From: Psammoneis japonica
Lineage: Eukaryota
NCBI GenBank assembly: GCA_008632985.1
Contig: QPGO01000009.1
Span: 744,001 to 807,528 of the forward strand
DNA: 63,528 nt
Direction of reading: 5' to 3'
Position numbers and translations under genes: made by a program. Under the pieces are notes generated by a model, which was not told the origin of the DNA, ran no database searches, and saw only the letters and a list, made by a program, of their open reading frames with translations. Positions 25,230 through 37,600 of the stretch are shown here, piece after piece; within the stretch, counting starts at the first letter, position 1, and the number at the start of each line of letters is the position of its first letter.

Positions 25230-26469
25230 GGCGGCAACAAAGGCAAAGTAGAAAGGATGTTGATAACAATTTTCATGGTAGAGCTGTGAATCGACGGCGA
25301 TTCTGAAAATTATGACACAAACACTCGACACTGGAAAAAATCAGCGTGGTTGTCATCCGATGATGTTCGGTACAAAACACGTAGAATGTACGTAGCTTTG
25401 TCACGACTCGGTGATGGGCCACAGGGATGCAGGTTTGGCAATCATGTGTCGTGTTGTGTCGTGGATACGGATTGGTGTTGCCACATTTTTAGATACAAGT
25501 TCTAAACTGCTTTCGTCAGCCGCTGTCACACAAAAGACGTGCCATCTTGACCGACTCGTCGACGCCTTCTTGGTGCTTGTTTCGTTGTGCTCGCGCGGCA
25601 CGCAACATCACGCTCGTGTCGTGCGCATTATCGTGAGAAGTCGAGCGCGCTATGAGCTATGAGGCTGAGGATAGATAGATCCTCGAGGCATGCCGCGCCT
25701 ACTCTAGAGCTAGAGTAGTATGTAGTAGGTACAAGGACGACAAGCTAGAGTATTCAGTATTCCGCATCATACCTTGTTCGTGTCTTCATGCCTGCCGGGC
25801 CCGTGGACGAGGACATGGATCCAAGTACCTCAGCATATTAGATGCAAGACAGGATCGGAGCATTATCAGCCGAAACAACGTAGAGAGTAGACTGCATCGA
25901 TTACAATGATTTTGTGCTCTAGGAGAGTTTTCATAATGTAAACTCATCGTCATCTAGGTGGTTTTGTTCGTTGTTATACATTTTTTCTATGTAGCGTCGT
26001 CAGATGATGAGGGGCCGCGCATTAAGCTGCTCCTGTCTTTTCGTCTTGGACGTCTTGATCGCCCCCCACGCTCGTCTTTTGGATAGCCCTACTTTCCCGA
26101 CGCGTCGTGCCTTCAGAGTACCTAGTATTAATAGTCAAGCGCGCTGTGACGTCGGAGGACCAGAACTAACTTACGAGTGCGTTAACTAACTTCACCTATG
26201 AAAATAGAGCAAACGGCTTCAGTCGTTTCATAGATAAGTCAGTCTCCAATCACATTACTTACTATGATAAGCCCGAATGTAACTTCTACTGCAGGAAGCA
26301 CGTGGTGCAGATGATACCAAAACAATGATGCCGACGACAACCAAAAGTTGCGGAGAAGAACCCCCCTTCATCTTTTCATTCGTTTAACATTTCATTTTTC
26401 AACATCCTTTCCAACATTTCAATCTATTTTTTCAACAACTGAATCTCAAAATACGTTGTCAACATTTAA

Positions 26470-27060
26470 ATTTCCTGATCCTTCCCACCGAGTTCCTCAA
26501 GTAGCTCGTCGATCTTTTTCGTCTGTTCATTCTCGCGATCTTTCTCATGTAGTTTCTCGTTTAGCACTCCAAGTTCCTATCTTCTCATTTAGAGCCCCGC
26601 GTAGCTCCTCAATGTCATGCTCTAACCTGCCGAGTTGCTTGGTGATCTCTTCAGTTGTCTTGCTCTTTTCACGGCGTTGCTCTTCAAGCCTACTGTATAA
26701 TCTTTGTCGTCGCCCTTGTTTTCTACCAATGCAAGATACACGGCCTTCCTGAATTCTTGTTTGACGTGCTCCATGCGACACTTCACGCATTGCCTAGCCT
26801 TGCGAATTGATAATTCTCCAAGCATGTCGGTGTTCGCATCGCCTCCTTGGCTCTTGTATTCTTTCACCTTTTCGAGCTCTGTATCGTGAAATACCTTTCA
26901 GAGATTGTTGATCCACATCTTGATCCACAACTCTTGCCACATTTCGGTTGAACATTCCAGCCCCAATGCCGGCTTCAAGTGAACAAATTGTCTGTAACCG
27001 AACAGGCCAAGCATGTTTTCTTTTGCCTTTGCCGTCTCTATTTTCGTCCTCTGTTCTTTA
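26470..27060 (-). pseudogene. 5'-truncated, frameshifted coiled-coil gene fragment
   Basis: Protein-like pieces (KIETAKAKENMLGLFGYRQF..., KEYKSQGG..., LGRLEHDIEEL...) in shifting frames; cut off where the 27061 repeat starts. Confidence 0.4.
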
Positions 27061-27982
27061 GACAGTGGGAGTGACCCGCCACCTCCGACAACAACGACCA
27101 AGTGCATGTAGTGCGTCCAAAAAATGCAGTGTTCCGGCCTCTTATGCTGTACCTCCAAGACCGCAAATTGTAGTAGATCGAATGTGTGTCTCGTCATAAC
27201 GACCCGAATCAATGATGGATGCCCTGTTTTGACATTCTGCATCGTTTCTAGCCCCACAAGCAACCGGCAACCAACGACCAGAGAAAACAAAAAACCTCCA
27301 TGTCCATCTAAATGCCAAAGAAACACGAAACCTTTAGAAGATGCCAACAAAACCACTACACCACCAAACTCAGCGTATTCGAATTACCTTGTACCAATGT
27401 TATTGACGCCAAAATATCGTCCCATTGATGGCCGATTTAATGAATAGAGCAACTTGCGGAGAAAAAAAACAACCACCCTGCCCACACAAATGCAAAAGAA
27501 ACTCAAAAAAGCTTTTGAAGATACCAACAAAAACAAAACACAATCATACTCGCCATATTCGAATTACCGTGTACCAATGCTCTTAACGCTGTGACATTGT
27601 CCCAGTTACGGCGTATTCATGAACGGAGCCGTGCGCCATGCCGCCATGGTGCACTTTCTTGCCTTTGAGTTTCATTCGCACGAGTCGTCCAGTCACTTTT
27701 TTGAGGTTATGGGCCAAACGCGTAGAAAAAAGCATCGTGATTCAACGCCTCCCCTTAAATAAATTAATGTCCAACGCTTTTACTGTGATTTATTGAATGA
27801 CTAAAAAAATAGCTTTCCGACGTCAATGCCCACAAAAACATGACAATGCCCACAATTCGCGAATCAATGCCCAAGCTCAACGCATTCTTCCTCTAATTGG
27901 GCAGGAACTCAACGGCCTCCCTTTTAAATAAATATATGCCCAACGCTTGAAGCTAACCCGCCCACAGCGATTAGCTTCGTAG
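27061..27982. repeat. Non-coding repeat family member, largely unmutated copy
   Basis: Matches 39257-40360 and partly 38194-38305. Confidence 0.85.
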
Positions 27983-28249
27983 AAATGAATTTTTGTACCA
28001 GCGTAGAAATGTACGTGTACATCTAGTACATAAAATTCGTGCCACTAAAATCAACTTTCCTAGCGATCTTTCGACAATGGCGGCGTTCGTCGGTTCGTAG
28101 CCATTGCGCTGCTGAAACCATGTCAATTGTCATCAAACCTATGGCACGTTACTCGTCACCTTCTCCTTAATTCATATGTTCCTTTGAAACGACGTATTCT
28201 TTAGCCACAATCCAGATAATCGATGACATCAACACAAGGTGAAAATCCA

Positions 28250-29480
28250 AAGAAGATTCAAGATAATCTTCTACGATCTGACAATGCCAGGCTGCGGAAG
28301 AAGCGATGATATATCTCTGAGGTGTCGTTTGACTCTGATGACACCTCTGAGGAAGTTGAGCGACAGAAAATGATGCGGGAATTAGAGGAAGCGAGGAAAA
28401 AAGCACAAGAGCTGTCGGCGAGCAAAGCGACTGACAAAAGTGGTGCAAGTGTCATCAGCATCAAGAAGTGATGAGAGGCCTCCGACTGCAACCGACAAAG
28501 AAACACCAAATGACACAGATGCTCAAAATAGTGTTCGTCCACCTGGTCGAACCCCATCCACCGGGTGAAGTGGAAATGACGTCTTGAGGTCCTTAGAGGA
28601 CGCACACAGATTGATGAATCCAAGTTTCTCCGCGGATGACGACAGATCATTCAAGGAACTTGGCGGTAAAGTGTTGAAAGTTTCAAGTGCTCTGGTTGCC
28701 ATCAACACGCAACGGCTATTTGTTTGCAGGAGTGGGGACCTGTGTCACCAAATTCGCTTCCGACCATGTGCAAGAGAAACTCAACGGTGTGGTACACTTC
28801 GGCCTGGAAATTGCTAGTCACATGCTACTTTGTGTCGGTGAACCTCACGCTAAATATGACGTCTTTTTGTCCTTTCCTGGAGAAGAGGTGGCTTTACGTC
28901 GATATGCTGAAAGAAAGGATAGAAAAGGAATGGATGACTGTGTTTCACACCCAATGTTCAATGGCCGTTGGAGCAACGGCTGACTCACGTGCTACGATGC
29001 ACCGTCACCACCGCCAACTCAAAACCCATCGCCACATCGGACTGCGCCGCCGACTCCCAACCCCTCACCACCGCTAACTCTGCCACCGACTCCCAACCCT
29101 TCTCCGCAACCGGCGCCTCCGACACCGCCTTCATCTGCGACTAGAAGTTTGATTATGGATACATTGATAGCTTTTGATGGGGGTGCGTCGCTCCAAGACG
29201 CCTCTTCGCCGCAACCTCTAGCCTCGATGTGGTTGGAAGGAAGCGCTTTTTTCGGTCTTATAGATTATCGAAAGATACAACGATTTGTACTTGCTAGCTT
29301 GCACTACACGCCAGTGGTGACAGTGGGTGGAATACCGTAAGGGGTCGTGGTTGAGTGGCAGCAACGCTTGCAAATGGGATGGTGTTTTGCAAGTTGACGA
29401 GCTTTCTTTTTGCTCAATCGGTTGGAAGGAACGATACCACCAAAGCGTGGCTTACTGTCCAGCTCATTACGAGGTACATT
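28250..29480 (+). pseudogene. LRR membrane-protein pseudogene A, paralog of 45227-48262
   Basis: PPTPNPSPPP stalk, LQDASSPQ...WLEGS...KIQRFVLA cap and first LRR (NRLEGTIP) are present; many frameshifts; later LRR exons are absent. Confidence 0.8.
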
Positions 29481-29917
29481 GAATTTTGATTCTCTATTGT
29501 CAATACAATAATTGAGCTTACTGATAAGTCATCCATATACACTGAGATTTGTGACGATGAAGAAAGGGAAACGAGAGGCGACACGACTCTACGAGAGAAC
29601 CACAACTTGCCACAATCTTCAACCCAAAGACCGACTCACAAAAGAAGGCGGTCAGCAACCGGCGGTCAACTCGGAAGGTCAAGAAATCGGTGACTTGCGT
29701 GATGCAAAGGATTGAAGAAACTGCTACAAGCAATCGACTTTCTTCTGCTGAAATAGTATTTTCGCACTATTAAATTTGTTCCTATTACTGCGTTGCTGCA
29801 ATGTCAAAATAAGCAACAGTATTCACTTTACACATACAGTACATACCCGTCCCAGTCAGTTCGACGGCCACTACAAGGACGGATGAATCTCGCAGACAGA
29901 TGCTATAGAGGGCGGGA

Positions 29918-31370
29918 CTATGTTTCCTCAACTCCTTGCTGCCGAAGTTCATGTATCCGCTGCTGAAGTACTTCTATTTCTCTGTGCAACCCAGCAGCGA
30001 CACTATCTGCATCCTCAGCTTCTGACTGGGGCCGAAGTTCATGTATCCGCTGCTGAAGTACTTCTATTTCTCTGTGCAACCCAGCAGCGACAGCAGCGAC
30101 ACTATCTGCTTCCTCAGCTTCTGCTTGTATGGATAACTGGGAAAAGCTGTCATTGTTCTCAAGCAGAGCTAATTGAGCTTTAAGGTTCTCAATTTGCGCT
30201 TGCAACTCCTCATTAGTACGTGCAACTTCTCCTTGGACAATACGAGGCGTCTCGGGTTGCGAGAGCGTGGCTGGTCGCGTCCATTCACTAACCACGGAGG
30301 GACACACGATACGATTGCGTTGTTCAACTCTTGGCCCATACACCGCAAAGGCCCCCACAATATCTTGCTGTCCATCCTCTTGTGGAGACACAATCCCTTG
30401 GTCCGTCGCCTGTGCTCGTATTTCCTCCGTTTGATAGGACATCGCCTGCTCTTCCGCTGATGTTTCCGGAGGTTCACGGTCAGTCGGTGGCACACTAGCC
30501 GGCGTTTGTTCTCCTTGAATGGGGTGCTGCTCTTGACTCAGTTGCCGACATTTTCCCTCTTTCTCCGATACCAAGAGCCTCAAAGCGACATCTGATGAAC
30601 CACCTTCATTTCTCTTTCCACTCCTCTTTTTCTTCCGCTTTTTCCCGGCATACTGGGAACTTTCTTGGGGATCTGGAGTCCTACTACTTGAAACAGATGC
30701 TTCTTCCGAGAGCACGGCCGGGTCTACATTGGATGAACCATATTGGTTGGCAGGGCGTCTGGTGCTGCTTGTTTTCCTTTCACGGTTTCGATGTCCCCTC
30801 CTCTTCATTGGCTTTCTTCCCGCTGAAGGATCCCCCGCCACCGCATCCGTAGGTTCCAAATATCCGTCACCAGATGCGGCTGGCACAGTCGTCCCACTAG
30901 CAGGGAATGATGTCAATCCGCCAGTCGCCGTCGAAGCTCGACCACCAGACAGTACAATTGCAGGCGAGGACGTCGGTTCATCCGCAGCCGCTGGAGACGA
31001 CTGGATGCTTTCTTGGGGAGCATTACTCGGTGATGGAGGAGATGCAAAGGGGGGATCCCGAAAGTACTCATGCGCCAGTTTCTCTTCTTGGAGTTTTTCT
31101 GCTAACTTCCGTCTCTCGAGAGCCGGCGCGAGACGTTCGTGTATACTCAATGATGGCAAGTCCTTCTGGAGTTTCTCTATGTCTTCTTCCAGTTGTTTTT
31201 GAGATTTGTACTCCAGCCGTTCACAACGGTTGTTGACAAAGTCTATCAGGTGCTTCGCGTCCGAGGCTCTCTGGGCTTCGCCTTCGGTGGCATGGTCGTA
31301 ATCCACTTTGTCGATTTCATCCTGGCAAATTTCCTTCAGCCAATCATGAAAAGCACGCGTTTCGCCTTTC
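29918..31370 (-). CDS. Low-complexity/coiled-coil protein; probable C-terminal half of the TIR-ankyrin gene
   Basis: 462-aa ORF whose frame stays open back to the stop of the upstream ORF (EKGETRAFHDWLKEICQDEIDKVDY); C-terminal tandem AGLHREIEVLQQRIHELR. Confidence 0.75.
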
Positions 31371-31371
31371 T

Positions 31372-33252
31372 CTAAAAAAGATGACAGCGTAAGATCAACA
31401 CATTAATGGCATCGTTTAGTTTCATTTCTGTTGGAGGATTCATCATCAGCGAGAACTCACCGTCACTGATTGTATCCATGTCGAAACGTTGGAAATATCC
31501 ACACCTGTGTATCAGGTCTTTCAGTTCTTTTTGAATATTTTCATTCAGCTCTTCAGCCTTTTTTGCACCTGCACTAGAAGGCAATCTCTTAAACTCTGCC
31601 ACAGCCTTCTCCTTTTCGCGTGGTAGTTCCTTGTATGGTTTGTATCTTTCCATTTCACAAAGTGCTTTGAGGACTTTCAATTTTTCGTCACAAATCTCCA
31701 TACGCTTGAAGACTTCGTCGGATGGGTCCTCCAGTTCAATTGCTTCCTTCTCCCTTTCGCAGGCCGCTATGGTTTTCTCCAATTCGGTTCGGGTTTCGAA
31801 CGTGGGGACGTTACAAGCTAGACATTTTCCTTCGAGAACCTTCCCCTTTAGTGTTAGGGCTGCCTTTCTCTTCCGGAATTTTCCGGTGATCTTGAACGTT
31901 TTCGTTCTACACCCGGCACACTTTCCTAGTGGGGTCATGAACGAAGAAGCATTCAGTTCAGTAAAAAGTTCGCAAACAACTCGGCAAACACTCAATAATG
32001 ACTCACCAGTTATGACTCTTTTTTCTGCCTCCGACAACAGGTCTACCATCTCTCTCTTGTTATTCTTTTTCGCGCATAGCTTTGGCGTTCTAAAATGCTC
32101 GTCCTTGGCAAGAACATCTGCACCCCTTTTGAGCAGCAGCTTGGCTAATTCGATGCAGCCATTATGCGCAGCGTGGTGGAGGGCTGTCAGCTTTCTTCTG
32201 TCGCGTGCATTCACGTCATCCACGTGGCCCTTATCTTCCCACCACCTTTTCAACAACATGTGCACCTTCCCTAGCTCACTTTTCTTGACATACGTGATGA
32301 GAGGCGTCTCGTCTTGATCGTCTCTTGCAATTTTTGAAACCTCTGAAGTGCTCATTCTTGCTGTCTCTTCCGAACGCACGTCGAACAGAGTAATGTTCTT
32401 TCTCGTATCATATTTTGGATTGCCAAACTCATCCTTCTCCTTTCCAGGGGGGACCGGGAAACAATCGTCCACTTTACGTTCAAGTACGGCTTCGGTATTC
32501 ATCGGTGAATTACCAGAGCTTTCGGTTGCATTTCCCGCTACCGTTTCCGGTGATGTGTCAAGTGGCTCATTTAATCTGGATCGTCGAGGTAGCCTATCCT
32601 CAATCCAATTCGCTACCACTTCGGCATACTGCTGCTCAGTCTGGTCGGCTTCTGGGTAGTGCCTCGGCCCTTTTATCTCCTTCAATGCGGTCAAAGCCGT
32701 CTTCCAGCGGCGGGGGTACTCTTCCTCCCCCATTGACCACTGAACGAACTGCGACGCCACAACGGATTCTCTCTGCACAAGCTCAGGAAAATATCGTTTG
32801 CTAATGTCTTCTGGACTAAGGTGGAAGTAGAGAGGCAGAACTTCCCCTGGAATCCCATCCTCAACGTCCTTAACCAGAGTTTGCTCTCTTTCGGAAAGCT
32901 TCTGCTCGAGAAATTCCTGGAAAGATTTTCGCCCGCGAAATCGACGTGCGTCTTCACGTCGGGGAGATGCGCCATTGTCTCGCGCCAAGGCTATCTCCAG
33001 TTCTTTCAGCGTCCACTCGCGACAAAGAAATTCTGGGCTGAGAAAGACGACAACGACCTTGGCCGTGGCGACCCCTCGTATCACGTGGGGTGCGACGGGT
33101 TCCCCGGTTTTCAAGCTCTCCTTGTCGAAGAACACATTGGTAATGCCCCGGCGTTTCAATTCTTCGTAGACCAGCGACACAATACCCGCCTTTTGTGCTC
33201 GATTGCCAGCGTGACACAAAAAGACATCAGGGACTTCCATTTGCATTTGCAT
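31372..33252 (-). CDS. TIR domain + ankyrin repeat + Cys-motif protein
   Basis: TIR motifs DVFLCHAG, VFFDKESL and VVFLSPEFLCREWTLKEL (Glu at the catalytic position); ankyrin TALHHAAHNGCIELAKLLLKRGADV; CxxC...CxxC motif. Confidence 0.9.
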   Translation of the reverse strand: MQMQMEVPDVFLCHAGNRAQKAGIVSLVYEELKRRGITNVFFDKESLKTGEPVAPHVIRGVATAKVVVVFLSPEFLCREWTLKELEIALARDNGASPRREDARRFRGRKSFQEFLEQKLSEREQTLVKDVEDGIPGEVLPLYFHLSPEDISKRYFPELVQRESVVASQFVQWSMGEEEYPRRWKTALTALKEIKGPRHYPEADQTEQQYAEVVANWIEDRLPRRSRLNEPLDTSPETVAGNATESSGNSPMNTEAVLERKVDDCFPVPPGKEKDEFGNPKYDTRKNITLFDVRSEETARMSTSEVSKIARDDQDETPLITYVKKSELGKVHMLLKRWWEDKGHVDDVNARDRRKLTALHHAAHNGCIELAKLLLKRGADVLAKDEHFRTPKLCAKKNNKREMVDLLSEAEKRVITGESLLSVCRVVCELFTELNASSFMTPLGKCAGCRTKTFKITGKFRKRKAALTLKGKVLEGKCLACNVPTFETRTELEKTIAACEREKEAIELEDPSDEVFKRMEICDEKLKVLKALCEMERYKPYKELPREKEKAVAEFKRLPSSAGAKKAEELNENIQKELKDLIHRCGYFQRFDMDTISDGEFSLMMNPPTEMKLNDAINVLILRCHLF

Positions 33253-33701
33253 CGGTGTTGTCACGCTCTGTTTCGTTCAAGTTCCTGCTTCCTGCCATCT
33301 GCCATCATGCATGGCCATCCTGGATACCTGTAGAGGGCCCTACCGTACCGTAATCATTCTTCTTGAACTTTTTTGAAGTCATTTTGTCAGGATCTCGGGT
33401 GTGTGAAAGTTGGATTCTGTGTGTGTGCTTTGTCTGCCTTGCCCAAAACAGCATCTGTGACAGTTAGTGCGATCACAATGATGGGCAGATCATGCCAAGA
33501 GGGGCGAGCCCGGGCCTCATGATGTGCATGCAGGCAGGGCCTCTGCCTTGCAGTTCAAGCTCTGGCAGCAAATCTGTGTACATGGCACCCTGCGTGAGAG
33601 CCCGCTCACTTGGTGCAGCACACGGCACAGTGAAATTTTGTGCCTCTGATCTCCACACAGAGAGGCCTCTGCATCGGGCTTCTGATGGGATGAACCCAAC
33701 A

Positions 33702-33896
33702 TTTGAAAAGACCAACTAAATCAAAAAATGCCAAACACTGATTTTGGGGGAAAATGTGAGTTCGCTGCTTCTCACAAAATGGCGCCAATCTTGGCACATT
33801 CAGTTTAAAAGACCAGCCAAATCAAAAAATGCCAAACACAATTTTGGGCCAAAAATGAGTTTGCGACTTCTCACAAAATGACGCCAATCTTGGCAC
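33702..33896. repeat. About 100-bp tandem repeat, 2 copies
   Basis: aaaagacca...tcaaaaaatgccaaacac...ttctcacaaaatg.cgccaatcttggcac occurs twice. Confidence 0.85.
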
Positions 33897-34769
33897 TTGT
33901 GCAATTGGATGTCTCCCACAACTTGTGAAGCACGCAGAAACCCGTGCCATTGTTGCTGCCAGCATGCACTTCAGCAAGGCTCCTGGTGGCTGCCTTCCTC
34001 ATTTTTGAGAAGGTGAAGAAGTCTTGTTCCAGCCATGTGCATGGAATGACAGTGTGCAAAGCTGGAGGTTTTGTGCAATTTTGCACAAATGCTCCCACGT
34101 TGGGGTTGCATCTCCCCCATCAAAAATGTTTTTTGTGCCAATCCAATGGCACTCCAAGAACATGCAGATGAGATGCCCTCCTCTGTGTTTGGAAGCACCC
34201 ACTTTGTCTTTTGCACTTGTTCTGAAGGAGGGGAGACTCAATCCAGACACAAAGGGTTGTTGAATTTGACAGCAAATCTTTCTTTGTCCATGTGAGTGAA
34301 CAAATGGGCAAGAGCTTCAAGATGCGCAGCTGTGTGCTTCTTGTTCAAAAGAACTTGCAACATCAAAAATTTGACAGCATCTTTTTTCCTCATGCAAAGT
34401 GCTTTCAGGCCAATGATGAAAATGTTCATGCAGACAGACATGTGGAAGGAACTTCACGCACTGACCAGCTGGAGACAATGTGGGACATTTGAGCTCTGAT
34501 GTTTTTGTCTTCAGACCCGTTGCATTTGGCATTGATGAAAGAAACTGTGGTGAAAAATGATGAGATTGCCACCAACGGACAACAAAATGAAGGCAAGTTT
34601 ATGAAATTTCAGAAGAAAAACATGTCATGTGGTTGCTGAAACCTTGCCCATGGATGCAACAGTGACACACAATGTCAATGACATCATTGCAAATGGACTG
34701 AACTTGTCAGAACAATGATTTGACATGCGCAAGGTCACAGCAGAGCCACCAAAACACCATGGTGTTTTA

Positions 34770-37600
34770 AAATGCAGAGTTTTGAAAAGCCCACACAGAA
34801 CAGAAGGGAGCAGCAGAGGGAGGCAGCTGCTGCAGTGGCAGAATGGAATGGGTAGAAAACACTGGACGCAGGGCATTTGGTTGATGGGACAGGAGATGAA
34901 GGAGCAGGGAGAGAGGAAGCAAATCAGGGGGCGCAAATGGAGAGGTGAAGGACAACATTGCAGCTGAGAGCTTGAAGGGCCCATTGGGAAGGAGAAGCAG
35001 TGCAACAAGCACTGCCAAAGTGACTGGAGGACAGGCAGTGCCATGCAAAGTCAGCCGACAGGAGAAGAGCAGATGGAGAGGACAAGGCACAGAGAAAGGC
35101 AGAGTGGGAAGCATCGGAGTGACGAAAGTCAGAAGAAGAGGCCCAGGGAGGTTTGGGTTGAAAGCAGATGGAGGAAAATGCAGAGCCAAAGAGAAAGTGG
35201 TGAGCAAAGAATCCAATGCCACCAAGGTGATTGACGGTAAAAGGGAGAAGGAAGATGCCGTCATTGTTGAGTGAAGCAACAACAAGGGACAGATCAGCAC
35301 AGAGGAAGTGGAAGGGCCAAGAAACTTCAGTCTCGCGCTTGCATTTTGTGCCTCAATTAAAGTGGGGGAAGAGGGGCAGGCAGACCAGGAGGAGGGCAAG
35401 AGGGAGCTTCAGGTGCATTGACATCAACTGTGACACAGTGATGGCAGGAAGGAGCCAAGAGTGAGGCAGGGGGAGGAATGGAAATGCCAACATTGGCAGG
35501 GCAAAGGAGTGGACAGGTCGGGAGCAGATTTGCGGGCTCAAGGTGAACGTCATTGGGAGAATGACAGAGCTGGGCAAGGGGCGCCAAGGTTTGGGCCAGG
35601 ATGAAAAGGGTGTCATGAAGGGCGGCCATTGGAGAGCTTGGATTTGTGAGCACGATGGCAAGAGAAGGTGTGATCACCACAGGCATCGAGAGTGGCATGG
35701 CCACAAGGACAGGGCATGTTGACAAGGGAGGAAGGAATGATGGGAAGGTGGAGCTTGCGTTGGGCAGCAATGGTGCAGGCGTCAGAAGCAAGGTGGGAGC
35801 TGTGGAGGCGCTGGGAGAAGGGGTGAAGAGGGAGGCTGGCAAGTGGAGAAAGCAGCAAAGGCAGGGAGACTTGCACATTGGGGGCAGCATTGGCATGGGT
35901 GGAAGCAACAAGCTGTTGCTGATGGTCATGGCAAAGGTGGCAGGCCAGGCCAGGAAGAGCAGCCAACTTGATTAAAGTGGCAAGGGAGGCAGCAGAGAGA
36001 GCAGTGGTGGAGGCAAGGACCAGAGCATGGCTGCAAAAAATTGTGTGAAGTTGCAGGGTGGAATGGGGGTTGTGCCAAGAGGACAGAAAAAGCCAAAAAC
36101 AGCATGGAAGAGCAACAGCAGAACCTGATGAAAGCTTGACACCATGGGATGCAAAGCAAAATGAGCGGAGAAGAGACACAATGAATGATGGGATGGTGGT
36201 GGCCATTGGATCACGAAGGCTGAAGCCACCAAGCAACGCAGGAAAGAAGGACATGGCCAGAGAGTGGCCAGGAAGAGGAGCAACATGGGAGGCAGTGCAG
36301 CAAAGAAATCGGTGAATGATGGTGAGAAGGGAGTCTTGAAAGGAAGAGGTCAAAAGGAACAGATCAGGCCGATTGTCAGGATCAAAGTTGCAACAGAAGT
36401 CAGTGCCAAGAAGGTGGGCAGAAGAAGGAGTGAAGCAGTGCTTGAAGAGTTGACCACAGGTTTGTTTGTCATGGAGGCAGGTGAGAAGCATGTCAACTTT
36501 GTGAGAGAGAGTAAAAAAAATGGCAGAGAGGAAGGAATTGGCAAAATCTTGGGAGCCGAGGGGCTGGCCAAGGAAGCAAACACCAGAGGTGAGTTTGGGG
36601 TTGCAGGAGGGATCATTTGCAGGATTGAGATGGGAGAGAGAGGCACAGAGAGGGTTGGCCTGGGAGGGAGGAAGAGCAGGGATGGGGCCAATGATGCCAG
36701 CAATGGAGGTGAGAATTTTGGTTTTGCAGAGGTTGAGGGCGACACCACAAGGGGCACCAAGGGTGGAGAAACACTCAAGGAACTGCAGGAGGACAGAGTG
36801 AGGGAGAAAAGCATGAACTTTGTCAGTGTGGGAGCCAACAGAGGTGGGAGAGCAGCCAGGGATGTGTTCACAGAGTTCTTGGTTAATTGGGCAAAGGACG
36901 AGTGAGAGGACAAGGCTTGCAAAAACAGGACCAAGGGGGCAACCTTGGGCGAAGCCCTCTTCTTGAGTGAAGGAGTCCCAAGTGGAGTCAGGTTGACAGC
37001 ACCAGCAAGCCTTGAAGCTTTGGCACATGAGATTGAAAAAGGGAAGAAACAGAAGGAAAGCATTGGCAGAGGAAAGCAAGCAATGGCAAGCATCGCGCAT
37101 CATGGGAGGCTTCATTGAACATGTTGACCAAGTCCAGGAGAAGGAGAGCTTTGGCAGTTGGTGGGATCAGCTGTGGAAAGGCAGTGCTCCATGTTGGCAT
37201 GGGCAGAGTGGATGAGGTGGTGGAGTCTGCCTTTGACACTGATGCCAAATTCATTCTGCAAAAGCAGAGCCAAAAAGGGTCACAATGACAGAGCCAGCAA
37301 TGCATCAGAGAGCGGTCCCAACACCTGTGGGGCAGAGCTTTTTGAGGTTGTTGGCATCTTTGTGAAGTGCAACGAAGTGGTTCAAGGAGAACAAGGGATG
37401 GATGGATGGATGGAGGGATGGATCCATGAAGGAGAAAAAGGATGAGCTCATGAAAGGAGGGCAGACAAGGATGCTCCTGAGAGTTTCCCGCGGGAGTTCT
37501 GACAGAGAAGATCATGCAGAACTTGAAAAGATCAGCAGAATCAGCAAATGCTTGAGCGGCAGTTTTTGATGCTGTCATTAGAATGTTCAGCTTTGTGCAC
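34770..37600 (-). mobile_element. Decayed non-LTR retrotransposon with restriction-like endonuclease (CRE-like)
   Basis: RT motifs LLLDLVNMFNE, GFAQGCPLGP, LNLCKTKIL and FLGQPLG; zinc finger CPCG...DACGDHTFSC; endonuclease relics CPANV (for RPAD) and VDV; PFTVNHLGGIG. Confidence 0.82.

Larger units (their letters stand above)
27061..32406. repeat. Segmental duplication unit A (repeat + LRR pseudogene + ankyrin gene)
   Basis: Colinear with unit B (39257-44688) at an offset of about 12.26 kb. Confidence 0.92.
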
